A stretch of 64,000 nucleotides of DNA from Camelus ferus. Its lineage: Eukaryota. Under the pieces are notes generated by a model. The model was not told the origin of the DNA. It saw nothing but the letters and a program-made list of their open reading frames with translations, and did not search any database. The position numbers and the translations under genes are program-made. Shown piece by piece: positions 29,762 through 40,862 of the stretch. Within the stretch, counting starts at the first letter, position 1; every line of letters begins with the position of its first letter. Location: NCBI RefSeq assembly GCF_009834535.1, contig NC_045696.1:27158001-27222000 (forward strand), written 5' to 3'.

Positions 29762-29981
29762 ATAACTGGGAGTTCAGAACTTGCAGATACTAACTACTAT
29801 GTATAAAACAGATAAACAACAAGGTCCTAGTGTATAGCACAGGGAACTATATTCAGAATCTTGCAATGGCCTATAAGGAAAAAGAATATGAAAAAGAATA
29901 AATATATATGTACAAATGAATCACTATGCTGTAGACCAGAGATTAACACAACATGGTAAGTTGACTATACTTCAATTAAAA
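29762..29981 (+). mobile_element. L1 3' end of cetartiodactyl type
   Basis: gataaacaacaaggtcctagtgtatagcacagggaactatattc...gaatcactatgctgt...ctatacttcaattaaaa. Confidence 0.85.
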
Positions 29982-32900
29982 CAACCAACCAATCGAAACA
30001 TAAAATCACATTGTCTGCCTTCTAAATGATTTTGACCCTTGGGTATATACTTTAGTATGAAACAAGACCAGTCATGGAACGTTTTAGACATGTTGAAACC
30101 TAGAGATCAAGATAACTTTCTCCCAACACTGAAGGTACAGAATCTAAATATAATTCACAAGAGAATGCTGTGGCAGTAATCTCATGGACCCTGAATATGC
30201 TTTATTCTTTCTATACTCAACATTCAACAGAATACTTATCATATCCTGAAGAAGATAGAAAATCTCTAAATCCAACCTAAAAGTACATGAAGGAGGGTAA
30301 AGGCACACAAGAATAGAGGAAGTCATTGGGACAAGTACAGCAGATCTTCATTTTACAATGCACAGTATGAAGAAATGTATGCAGAACAACATGCATTCAT
30401 TCATTTCAAATAGCCCCCCTTAATCTGAGTTGAGGGGCTTCATTCTATACATTTTGAATGCTAAGGTAAGTAAAATGTGTTTTTTCCTTTTATTTTGGTG
30501 TCTGGAAATGAGTCTATTTGTCACTAACACCCATAGAATACAGACAGGACTAAACAGGCTTTCGGAAAAAAAAAAAAAACATTAGCTGCTTTTGGCACAG
30601 TGCTGGGTTTGCAACATGAGTTGCTTACCAGTCTATGAGTGTAATGATTAACATTTGGCTTCTTGTTCTTTCATTTACTATGGGGACTTTTTAGCCTTTG
30701 ATCACCTTTCTATTTCACCCATTGCCCTTCAGTTTTACAAATTATTCACACACAACGTTTGGTTTTTCCTTTCATCTTTCTTATTCATTGTTCCTTCTAT
30801 CCATTAACTAATGTTTATTGAATTATTCAGTAATTTAGGGAGACCCCCCACCACAGGCCACCAACAAAGTGTAAGTTTTCCCAGGCTCCTTTTTTTTTTT
30901 TTCTTCACTGAAGGCCATATAGATGAGACTAAAATTTGCCATGAAACACCTGGTCCTAACTATCGTTTTCAGATCTACAATGCTCAAAGTTAATATTAAA
31001 ACTCTGTGAAACCCATTATCACTATATGAATTACTTAGAGATCTAGAGAAATTGATTTTTTTTAATTCTAAAGACATTAAATATTGTGATTAGTGGCTAT
31101 AAAGAAATAATAGATGCAAAATTTGGTTAAATAACTTGGGATATCATTGCTATTTGCCTTAACAGGAATATGTTAATTATTTAATTGAAAAATTAATTCC
31201 AGGAAGAGACTTAGAGAAGTTGAATCATAGCTCATCCAGACCCTGAACATGTTTTAAAACTATTTCATACATTTTTAAGCATCAAACAATATACCAGATA
31301 GTGTGTTAAATATTGTAGTGTTATCACATTAATACTCTACAATCATATGGGGTAGATTTTATCATTCCATGGCTTTTACACAACAGGAAATGGAAGATCA
31401 GAGGAGTCAGATAACAAAAGCATTTGAAGGGCCCACACTGGAATCTAAGTCTCCACTTAACACAACCATACATTTTTATCACACCACAATGCCTCCCTTA
31501 GCTAGACGGCACCTGAACCAGAGTTTTTTACTTCTCCCTTTTAAAATTATTTTGTACATTATGGTACTGAATAACTAGTATTTTATTACCTCTTCTCTAT
31601 TTTTTATTCAACTGATACATGTACAATGTTCTAACACTTGAATGATGTTACAAGGCTATAAAAACAATAAAAAGCAGCACCTTGCTTACCTGCCCCCATC
31701 CAAGTCCCAGTTTAGCTGTTTCTTTTCACATCTGTGTCCATATTTTAAATAATATGTTTATATATATACACTACCTTTGAAATTTAGACACTATTCATTT
31801 ATTTTGCCTTATGAAAAAAGAGAGCTAAGCTTTTTTTTTTTTTTTTACCACTCCCTAAACATACACACTCTCATTTCCTCCATTCATTTTCCATGTTTAG
31901 ATGAAACTTTACTGGATATTTACCTTATTGCAACAATAAAAATATTGTTCACAGATGAGCAATATGGTATACTAGAACATTTCCTTTAACTGTACAATTA
32001 TTATATAGTTTTCCTGTAATTAATAGTTACTAATAATCATTATTTTTTTTGCTTAGTTGTTTGTGTTTTTTAGTTTTCTACATATGTATTATTGTTCACT
32101 ATGTTGTACCCTTTTCACCACTGAGATGATAGATTTCATATATCTCTTATCTGAACAGTCAGCTATCATCTGCAAAGACTGTTCTCCATGCCTACAGAGT
32201 TACTTGAGATCTATCATGCCTTCCATTTCTCCCATATTCTTTTTGCCTATGTAGTTTTATATATTTACTTTTTTTAATCCCTTTCGACTTTATTTTAAGT
32301 AGATGTTAGGGAGATTAGGATGCATATGTTTTTAATAAGCTATGTTTAATCACAAATCCAATATACCTTGAAATTGTCTTTAGCGCATAATTTAGCATTC
32401 ACCAGAGCAGCATGTAATTTTGTTTTGTATGATAATTTGTTCTGCATTTAGAACACGGAGCAGGGAACTTATTATATGTTTCTTTGGATCTACATTTGTA
32501 TTGAGCACACCACATTTTTCAGAGTAACCACTTTATAGATTCTTATTGTTGCAATCAATACAGCACCCAACCAATTCATCCTGCCATTCCCTGAATGTAA
32601 GATATAAAAAAATGGGAAGGCTGGTGGTAGAAAAAATCCTCTTTAATAAATGAAGTATAATCTCAAAGCAAAACTTTTCCTTTAAAGGTTGTATTTGTTT
32701 TTGATATTTACATTCTATATATTTAAAAATAAATTTGAGATTTTAAAATGTTTCATGACAAATTATATGAAAAAGGGACTTTCCAATTTTCTAACACAAA
32801 ATAATTAAGCTAACTTGATTTTAGCCAATTTGCCATTGAGCTGTTTCAGCAGGATAAATTACTCTGCTGTTCAGTAATATTGTTGGCAATTATGTTCCAG

Positions 32901-33137
32901 GAGAACAGGAAGGATTAAATAAAAATTTTCTTACAACTTCTCTTTTGAAGTAGCAAGGCCAGCCTTTAAAAGAATCAAGCATGGAAGAACTTGCTTTCAT
33001 ATTAATACACAAAACCAAAGTTCTAACTTGTTTATAAAACTTCATTCTCATGTTGAAAAGAAAATATTTTCCCTTCATATATAAAGATAATTTAAATTAA
33101 AAGAGAAAGATATTAAGGCTGAGTTACTTTATGATGT

Positions 33138-33168
33138 TTATATATATATATATGTATATATATATATA
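33138..33168. repeat. (TA)n microsatellite
   Basis: Directly visible. Confidence 0.9.
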
Positions 33169-33834
33169 AAAATACAAGTTTGGGAACCTCTCATATACAG
33201 ATGAGAAATACAGGTTCCCAAACCTATTCCATTTATTCTATGGTATTGTATCTCCTGTTAAAAGAATTTTAAAATATGAAAATGAAAGAAAAATTAAAAT
33301 ATCAATATAACATTATCTTGTATTTTTTTCACCTTTTAATCTCTCAGACTAATTTAATAGTCTAACTTTATTTTCCATGGTTTTAGAAGCATCAACCAAA
33401 AATGTATTAGCAAACCTAATTCACTGCCATGAATAAGTAATTTTGGAAGGCCAGCACACAGAATGAAAGATGATTCTTTCTCTCTGTCTGGATTTTCTTT
33501 TGTAAGATATTACTAATATCAGGCAGACCTGTTTTCAAATATTAAGAAAAGAGAGGTGGGAGTGGAGAGAGAAAGAGAGAGAGAAAATTGAAGTCACCTA
33601 CCATCTGCATTATCCAAAATCAGATTAAAATTCAAAATGATTTACTTTCAAAAGTTGGTGAGAGAAAGAGGTAACTGGGTTCAAGAGAAAAGCAGTCCCT
33701 GCTAAACACATGAAGTGTGGATTATTATGGTTACTAAAAGGAAGAGGATACTTTAAGTATAAGGGCCTGCACAGAATAGCAGTGGAGAGCATGAGCCGCG
33801 TAGACACATGGTCTTGCTTCACATCCCACATCTG

Positions 33835-33975
33835 TGACATCCTAGTGCTGTGATCTAGAACAAGCCCCTGACTACCTCTAAATGTCTTTCTGCATTTATG
33901 AAATATGGCAAATAGTACCTAGTCATAGGATCATTGGGAGGATTAAACAAGAATACATGTGAAACAGCATTCTGT
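33835..33975 (+). mobile_element. MIR
   Basis: ctgtgatctagaacaag...aatagtacctagtcataggatcattgggaggattaaa core. Confidence 0.65.
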
Positions 33976-34099
33976 CCAGAATTTATAAAAGAGATATTAA
34001 CTATAACTGCTAGCAATTTCACTCATGAGTTCAACAATACTTTTTTAAATGTCTATTATATGTTCCACAGGCACTGTTCTAGGTGTTGTAGACTTAGTA

Positions 34100-34753
34100 G
34101 TAGTAAATTAATTAAACAAGGAGGTCAACAGACCAAGATGGCTTTAATATAAGTCTATGTAAGCAACACAAAATCTTAGCCTATAAAAATTTAAAGATTA
34201 AGAAATCAAAACCTAAGGATCACAAACAGCCAACCAGGCTTTCCTAAAAAGGCAACTGCTTAAGTTACAACCAATCAATTTCCTTGCTTTGCTTCTGCAT
34301 CTTCTCTGTAAAAGTCCTACCCTTGTCTCCTATTGATGGAATGCCCCTAACCACTTTCAGTTTGGCTCTGTCCAATTAGAATTAATTTTTGTCCTGTCCA
34401 GGAGTTTTGCTCCAGTTAAAGGTAATGATGATGACTTTTTCTGACCCTTGTGACTTCAATCAACTAAAGCCTGAACTCTGTCAACCTTTGCCCCTATTCT
34501 ATGCTTAATTCTCTGCTGCTCAAGTCCTTTCATGAATATGCATACACTTCCCAAACCCCTCAATAAATATGCATGTACCCTTAGCTTAAGACTTCCCCAG
34601 TTTTGCTGTTTGAGGAGACACTGCTTTGGAAAATATGCTCAGTGTTCTCCTCACCTGTTGTAAGTACAAAATACTTCCTTTTCCTCCTTTTTGGCTTGAT
34701 TGTGTCTTTTGGCTTATAACCCACCAAGATGCAAACCCAGTTTTGTGGTAACA
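34100..34753 (+). mobile_element. Two adjoining ERV1-type LTR segments (junction ~34395)
   Basis: First segment has accaatc CCAAT boxes and a tgtaaaag TATA-like site. Second has gaggagacactgctttggaaaatatgctcagtgttctcctcac and ends ggtaaca. Confidence 0.65.
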
Positions 34754-35249
34754 ATCATCCTTGGGAAAGATGAGTTGGAAGTTTTAGAAATGAGATACTT
34801 GTCTTGGAGAGAGAGAGAAGAGTGAAAGGACAAAGGAAATACAGTAACATTTCCAAGAGTGACTTATATGATAGATCATGGAAATTAAGTGTGTAATGAG
34901 AGAGCAACAAATGTGAAGGGGTGAAGGTTTACTTGAGTAGGTATTATTAACTTCTTACTTGTGAGAGCAGAGGTTGGGTCTTGGTTCTTTCCTGCCCAGA
35001 GGGTATATGGGATTTTTAAATATTGTTCCCCCTCTTCCCAAATCTCTTCAGAAGTCTGATGGCTTCTTTTAACCCCACAGAAACAGATCCCTAATTCTTC
35101 ACCTAGGGCAATGCATGTCTACTTTTCCTGCACTGGCATGATTAAGAGCCCTACTCCAGAGAACAGTCCGGGAATAAAGAATTTTCTCCTAGATACCCTT
35201 TGGTTATTGCCTGTGTGGAATACAGCTGACAACTGGATTCAACGTACAT

Positions 35250-36200
35250 AATATATACGTATTTTTGAGGATTAATTTTATACTAGGCTTTGTTCTAGGC
35301 ACTTTGAATAAAACAATAATCCTTGCCTTCAGGAAGCTTTGTTTTTGGTGGGCAGCTGAATAAGAAAAGGAGTATGATGTGGGAGGTGTAGTTTTAAATA
35401 AGGTGATCACAAAGAGTTTGTTTAGAAAACAAAGACTTTAAGTAAGGGAGTGAGTCATGGGATAGTTAGGAGAGTGTATCAAGCTCAGGGAATATCAAAT
35501 GCAAATATCCAGAGGTGGAAATTTACCAGATTCATTCCTAGAGCAGTAAGGAGGCCTTATGAATAGAGACCAATCATAGATGTGACATAAAATTCATATT
35601 TTATGGCAAAATAAGAAAAACTTAAACATAAAAAAAATTTTTTCTGCCCTTTGGCCTCCTCTCTTCCTCTATTGTGCATTATGTATCTGCATTATGCATC
35701 AACCAAACCTTCCCCATCAGCAAAAATACCTGTTCAATCATAAAGAGCAACATTCTTCTAGCATTAACAAGACAACTCCTTAAAAGATAACATTCCTTCT
35801 TGATCTTGTAAGGGGTCACATGACCCACCAGCATGATGCTTAGATCTGGATTATGTAAACTGTCTATAATACATCATTTGCTGTACAGTCCTCTGTCTCA
35901 AAAACTCTTATGTAACCAGCCTAGATTTCTAACCAGCAAAACAGTTCCCAGAGCTCTCTGAGTTGCTCTTCCTGGGTTATAATCCTCAAACCTGGCTCAT
36001 GTAAAATTTTTCATTTCTTTCTTAGATTGACTGATTACTTTTTATTGACATAGGCTAACAGAGGTAAGGAGGATGAAGGCTTGGGTTGCATTGTTTTCTT
36101 ACTGTGAGTGAGAAAAGAAACCAGAGAAGCTTTGAAGGAGAGGAATGATGATCAAAACTATATTTTAAAAGGATCACTCTGGCTGCTGCACTAAAGACAT
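35250..36200 (-). mobile_element. L2 fragment split by the LTR at 35581-36050
   Basis: ctaggctttgttctaggcact, ccttgccttcaggaagctt on the left; ttttaaaaggatcactctggctgctg on the right. Confidence 0.7.
35581..36050 (+). mobile_element. ERV solo LTR
   Basis: tgtgac...ttgaca termini, near-perfect 4-bp TSD taga/tagg, and it interrupts an L2. Confidence 0.7.
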
Positions 36201-36809
36201 ATGTTCCCTTACTTTAGAAGCTCATGAGATTTTGTGTGTGTGTGTGTGGCCCAGAGTAGCTCCAGACAAAAGTCTAATGATAAAAGAAAAATAAAACTCT
36301 TGAGAATTTCAGAAATCTGGGCTGGAGATGCTGGTTCAACCACTAAAGGTTCTCGGGAGTGATCTATTTTTTAGGTCAACATGTTACCAATTCTGGGAGC
36401 TCTGTGGGATCTTGTCCCCAAAAGTGACCTATCTTCTTGACACTGCACATAAGAATGTATTATGTTTTGGGTGGGTTCCTAGAGAGTAGGAAGGGATATG
36501 GGATTCTAGCACAGAACCCTGGGGCTCAATAAGACTTCTGCTGAAATTAAGGCTACAGCAACCCTATCACGCTATTCCAGTCTAAAATCAGAAAATAAGG
36601 TCATACCTGCAGAAGACCCAAATTGGAGCCCACCTTATATTACCAAGTACTGTCAGTACTGGCTGTTTTCTACTGCCCCTCCATAGCCATCCTCCTCTTT
36701 CTCCTTTTCCTGCAGCCCTAACTCTGGGGTCCTCAACATGCCCCTTATACATACCACTTTTACATCCATGCAAACTGCAGACCCTGGCACCCTCACCTGT
36801 CTAGCCACT

Positions 36810-37254
36810 AGACAGCTAATACCATATGATCTCATTTATACATGGAATCTAAAATGAACAAAAAACTAGCTCATAGATGCAGAGAACAGACTGGTGGTTG
36901 CCAGAGATGGAGGGGTAGGATGGGGTGGGGTGGGATCAGGGGAGTGAGTGGGATGGGGGTGCAAAATCAGTGAAGGAGGTCAAAAGGAACAAACTTGCAG
37001 TTATAAAATAAGTCATAGGGATGCAAGGTACAACATAGTGACTATAGTTAAGAATACTGTATTGTATATATGAAAGTTGCTAAGAGTAAATCTTAAAAGT
37101 TCTCATCACAAAAAAAAAATGAATGACTATATATGTTGACAGATGTTAACTAGAATCATTGTGGTGATCATTTCAAAATGAATACAAATATCAAATCATG
37201 CTGTACACCTGAAACTAATATCATGTTATATGACAATTATATCTCAACTTTTTA
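36810..37254 (+). mobile_element. L1 3' end (L1MA9-like)
   Basis: ataccatatgatctcatttatacatggaatct, gagaacagactggtggttgccaga, ttgctaagagtaaatcttaaaagttctcatcac, ctgtacacctgaaactaatat. Confidence 0.9.
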
Positions 37255-38741
37255 AACGACCAATATTCTTGACACTGAACTTGAGAGTTGATTATGTTTT
37301 AATAAGTTCCCGCAGGGCGGTGACAACTGAGAGTTCCTGAACAACTGTGTAGGACTTGTTACAATACTGACACCATATGCTTGGAGGACGCCAGGCAGAA
37401 GGATCATTGCTGGGGCCTGACTTGAAAGGGACAGTAACAAAATTCAGGCACCCAAGGTGGGATAGACTGTGGCCTTTTTACCTGCAGCTATCCCCTAGAC
37501 TCCAGGCTTGCCCCGGCTCCAGCAGGAGGATGGCTGAGGCTTTGGGAGGTTCAGGTGAGGATGATTGACCCTGGTTTCTGAGTACACCCTGACAGGGTAG
37601 AAGGGCAGCAACCTTCAGCCAAATTCAGAGCAACTCTTTCCAGCAACCCAATACCCAGGTGTGGTGCATAAATAGCCCAGCCCCCAGTCACTGGGACCGT
37701 GCTCCACTGAGGAGACCACACTGTGGCATCGTTGGGGACTGAAGAATGAAACTCATGCACGCCTGCCTCTGACTGGCCTTCCCGAGGTACTGGTGACCTG
37801 GGGACAGTGGGGACCTGAGGATGAGAGGGAGCCAGGGCAGTCCTTTCAACAGCGCTGTCCACCTGACCCTGGGACAAGGCAGTAGCAGCTGCACCAGTGC
37901 TTTCAGCCCTCCCCGCCAACCTCCAGGCGTCAGCAGTGGTGTTCTCCATTGTCACTCTCTGTCAAGGAAAGCGGCCATCCCCGTGAGCCAAGAGGCCAGA
38001 CCAAGAAAAGCCCCAGGTATTGAGGGCCGCTTGACAAAACGGAATGAGGGCACTCGATCTGAGTTCAAGAAGGCACCAGGGATGCCGGAGTGTCAAAGGG
38101 TAGGTATGCAACTGGTGACTAGATGACCAGTCTTCTGGTCAGCACTAGTTTCTCTGAAGTGGTCTGGGGAGCCTCATGAGCCGTCCCCAAGGCCAGGAAC
38201 CCCACTATCACTCCTCCCCCTCTGCGTGTGAGGCAAACTGAGGTTCCACCGGCTCTCCTCCAGATATCACACAGATACCAGCTGCCTGGCGATCTGGAGA
38301 ATGCCCTGTGGGGACCTCACATGCTTTTAGTCCTCAGCGAACAGAAAGTCTGAAAACTCCTCTTTTTCAGCTGTAAGGATGAAAGAGAAGACCCTGCCCC
38401 AGACAGCTGGACCATCCCCTAAGGGAGCAAGCTGTCAGGAACTAATGTGGCCCTGAGACATCCCGTCTAACCTCCTATGGGACATTCTGACCGAGGAGGG
38501 ACTCTCTAAGGCATGAACAGTTGCAAATTCAAGGGAGACCCCGGTTATATCAGAGTCCACGCCATTTGGAAGCCTCCTCTTTCAGTCTTTTGAATGCATG
38601 AACAGTTTGATGCTGGTTCCAAATTTCCTAAACCAGAAATCCTATGCAGGTCAAATCTTGTGGCATTTGCCTGCCAACTCATCACTCCAACCGCCCCCTC
38701 AGTAGTGGGAAACAAATCCCTGAAAACAGAATATCTAAAGT
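37255..38741 (+). mobile_element. GC-rich block, putative ERV 5' internal/leader region
   Basis: Abrupt GC increase lying directly upstream of the gag remnant. No 5' LTR or convincing PBS identified, so the assignment is by position only. Confidence 0.35.
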
Positions 38742-38924
38742 CTGGGGAACCAAATGTTCAGCATACCAAAGGACAGCCCATTAGGATGCATTCTGAAGAG
38801 CTGGAATTTTTTAGGTATCACCACCTCGACCTCAAAACACTTAATCTTATGTAACACAGCCTGGCCCCAATACCAGCTGGGATATGGGAAAGTTGCCCAT
38901 CAATGGGTCTCTAAATTATGTTAC
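38742..38924 (+). pseudogene. gag: Class I ERV gag matrix (MA) remnant
   Basis: Reads xGNQMFSIPKDSPLGCILKSW...LCNTAWPQYQLG and, after a frameshift, PINGSLNYVT. This matches the PLGCILxxW/CNTAWPQY/WPxNGSLNY pattern of ERV1 gag. Confidence 0.85.
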
Positions 38925-39434
38925 TTCCAGTTGCCCTGCTCCAGGTGCAGTTAACCCCAAGATAAATTAAAGCTGAGTGCATTTGAACTCCTGTCTGGTA
39001 GACTCATCCCCCAAGCCTGAGAGAAAGGGTGATTTGGCCCTTTTGAAATGGAGCGACTCAAGTGTGCCCTCCAAGTAGGAGAAACTACGAAAGCTCTCAC
39101 AGAATATGGTGACCAAGTGCTACTAGCACCCACCAATCTTGCCCTGCACCCCTGCTGGCCAGGAGACTGGGGGCACCGAAAAACCTGGAAAACCCTCAGT
39201 CTGTGAGACAGCTCACCCCTAAAGGGAACAGGCCCCACCTGCTGACCTTAACCACGCACTCTGCCCTGAAGTTGCAGGGGGTCACTCCAGAGGCATATCA
39301 CACATTACACTCGAGTGAAGAGGGCACAGAGCCTCCACATCCTGGGAGACAACCTGGGGAAATGCCCCCTTGACTACTCGTGTGAACCTCTCTCTGATCT
39401 GAAGTTCCTCTTCCGGAAAACAACAGAGGTGTGA
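38925..39434 (+). pseudogene. pol: Class I ERV pol integrase C-terminal remnant (GPY/F domain)
   Basis: Across frameshifts: LPVALLQVQLTPR, KLSAFELLSGR, PGDW..KTW, QLTPK...PHLLTLTTHSALKLQGVTP, TRVKRA, YSCEPLSDLKFLFRK-TTEV*. Confidence 0.85.
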
Positions 39435-39542
39435 CCAGGGAGATTCAGGCCACGGCAGTGAGCCTCTGCATCAGGGTACACTTCTGCCTACAGGCAAAAG
39501 ACCTAGATACTTTCACTTTTAAGAAAAAAATTGACATGTAAC

Positions 39543-40067
39543 TGTCAGATTGTTACATAAGTGGGGGCACTGGGCAGACAGGTGGAGAAGGAGGATGGTC
39601 TGGAAGATGGTGTTATATGCCTTCAGCGGGTGCCAGCAATGAGTGCCAGCAAGAAACTGGTTAAAGCCCAACAGCCACGACTGCACGGTAGCAGAAAAGA
39701 ATTAACCGGACGCGACCCAATGTTCACTGTATTATAATTAACATTGCAGTTTAGGCCCCACCATGGGCTTTTCGGTATACACCATGGGTAAGGACATGCG
39801 CAAAAGGGCCAAACATGACTAAGCATTCCAGGGACACGAGCCATCAATCAATCAAGAGACCACCCCTAAGCAAGGGTATAAGAGAAAAGGGACACAAACA
39901 CTGCAGCTTTTCCTCCCTTAGAGCCTGCCTCCCATTCTTGGGGGTGTACTTTTTCTTTCTTTTAAAATAAATCTTAAAATCTTTCACTACGCAATGCACC
40001 ATTTCCCGACTGCAAATCTGTTTTCCAGGTATGACTCGCCCTGGGGTCTCTACCTCTTGTAGTAACA
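39543..40067 (+). mobile_element. Solo LTR nested inside the ERV, 4-bp TSD TAAC
   Basis: TG...CA termini flanked by taac (39539-39542 and 40068-40071), TATAAG at 39877 and AATAAA at 39966-39971. Alternative 5' end at 39551 (tgttac, inverted match to gtaaca). Confidence 0.65.
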
Positions 40068-40073
40068 TAACCA

Positions 40074-40230
40074 TTATTCTTACTAATATTTGGGCCATAC
40101 ATCCTAAATTGTCTGGTGTCCTTTCTGTCCAAAAGTTTAGACAAACGGCAGGGGCTCAGGGATATGAACAGCTAGTGCTAAGGCCTGGTGACCATCCAAC
40201 ACATCTAAAGGCGGCTGAGGAGAAGTTCTG
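40074..40230 (+). pseudogene. env: Gamma-type env transmembrane/cytoplasmic tail remnant
   Basis: LFLLIFGPYILNCLVSFLSKSL matches the LLLxFGPCILNxLVxF motif. It is followed in another frame by AQGYEQL (YxxL). Confidence 0.75.
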
Positions 40231-40377
40231 CTCCTCGCCCACAGCAACAAAGCCGCCCAAACACAGCAGAAATCAGTTTCGGACCCCAGGCTCTCACCCT
40301 TCAAGAATGACAAGCAGGACAAAAGACAGAGCAAGGACTTTTTACCAGCAAAGCCCATTAGCAGTTCTGGGGGAATC

Positions 40378-40862
40378 TGGGTAATAAAGTAAAGTCTAAC
40401 CTTTTGTTTTCCTTTGTGCTTAGTTTCACTAGCTTGTAGGATGCCACGCTCAGAGGACTTGCTCCGGGCTCTTCAGACCAGAGTTCCCAGTGTGAAACAG
40501 CCGCTCCTCACTCTAGCTCGGGACTGAACACGGAAGCGCTGCGCACACAGGGAAACTCAACATGGCGGCGGGGTGCAGGCTGTGCGCAGAGACGCCGGGC
40601 CCGTCAGTCTGAGGGGCGAGACTCCGAGACTCGCGAGAACTCCGCACCTCCAGGCCCCGCCCCTGCCGAGCAGATCCCTACAAAGCAGCCCCACCCATGA
40701 CCTGCCTGAAGAGCCTGTTCTCTACTGCTGGAGCTCCCCTTTCTTTATTCTCTGAGAATAAAGCTGTCCTGTGCTCCTGAACCAGTCTCATTCTGTTGGC
40801 TCAAACGAAACCAGAAAGGAGGACCCTTGCTGGGGACCCGCCTGGATAAAGGTTAATTAACA
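40378..40862 (+). mobile_element. ERV 3' LTR, CpG-rich; 5' boundary approximate
   Basis: Follows the env tail and a gggggaa purine tract. Has a GC box, TATA-like tacaaa near 40679, AATAAA at 40757-40762, and ends ttaaca, after which AT-rich flank resumes. Confidence 0.7.

Noticed and set aside
37790..37810. tggtgacctggggac as a primer-binding site
   Set aside because: It is not preceded by a recognisable LTR end, and I cannot confirm a good match to a tRNA 3' end.
37551..37955. 134-aa minus-strand ORF as a retrocopy or novel gene
   Set aside because: No recognisable family, no poly(A) tail or TSD, and such ORF lengths are expected in GC-rich DNA. A BLASTX search would settle it.
38742..40230. 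Domesticated gag or env (syncytin-like) gene
   Set aside because: All retroviral remnants are short, frameshifted and missing most domains.
36810..40862. L1 3' transduction carrying the ERV block
   Set aside because: The block ends in an LTR-type ...ttaaca terminus with no poly(A) tail and no flanking L1 TSD.
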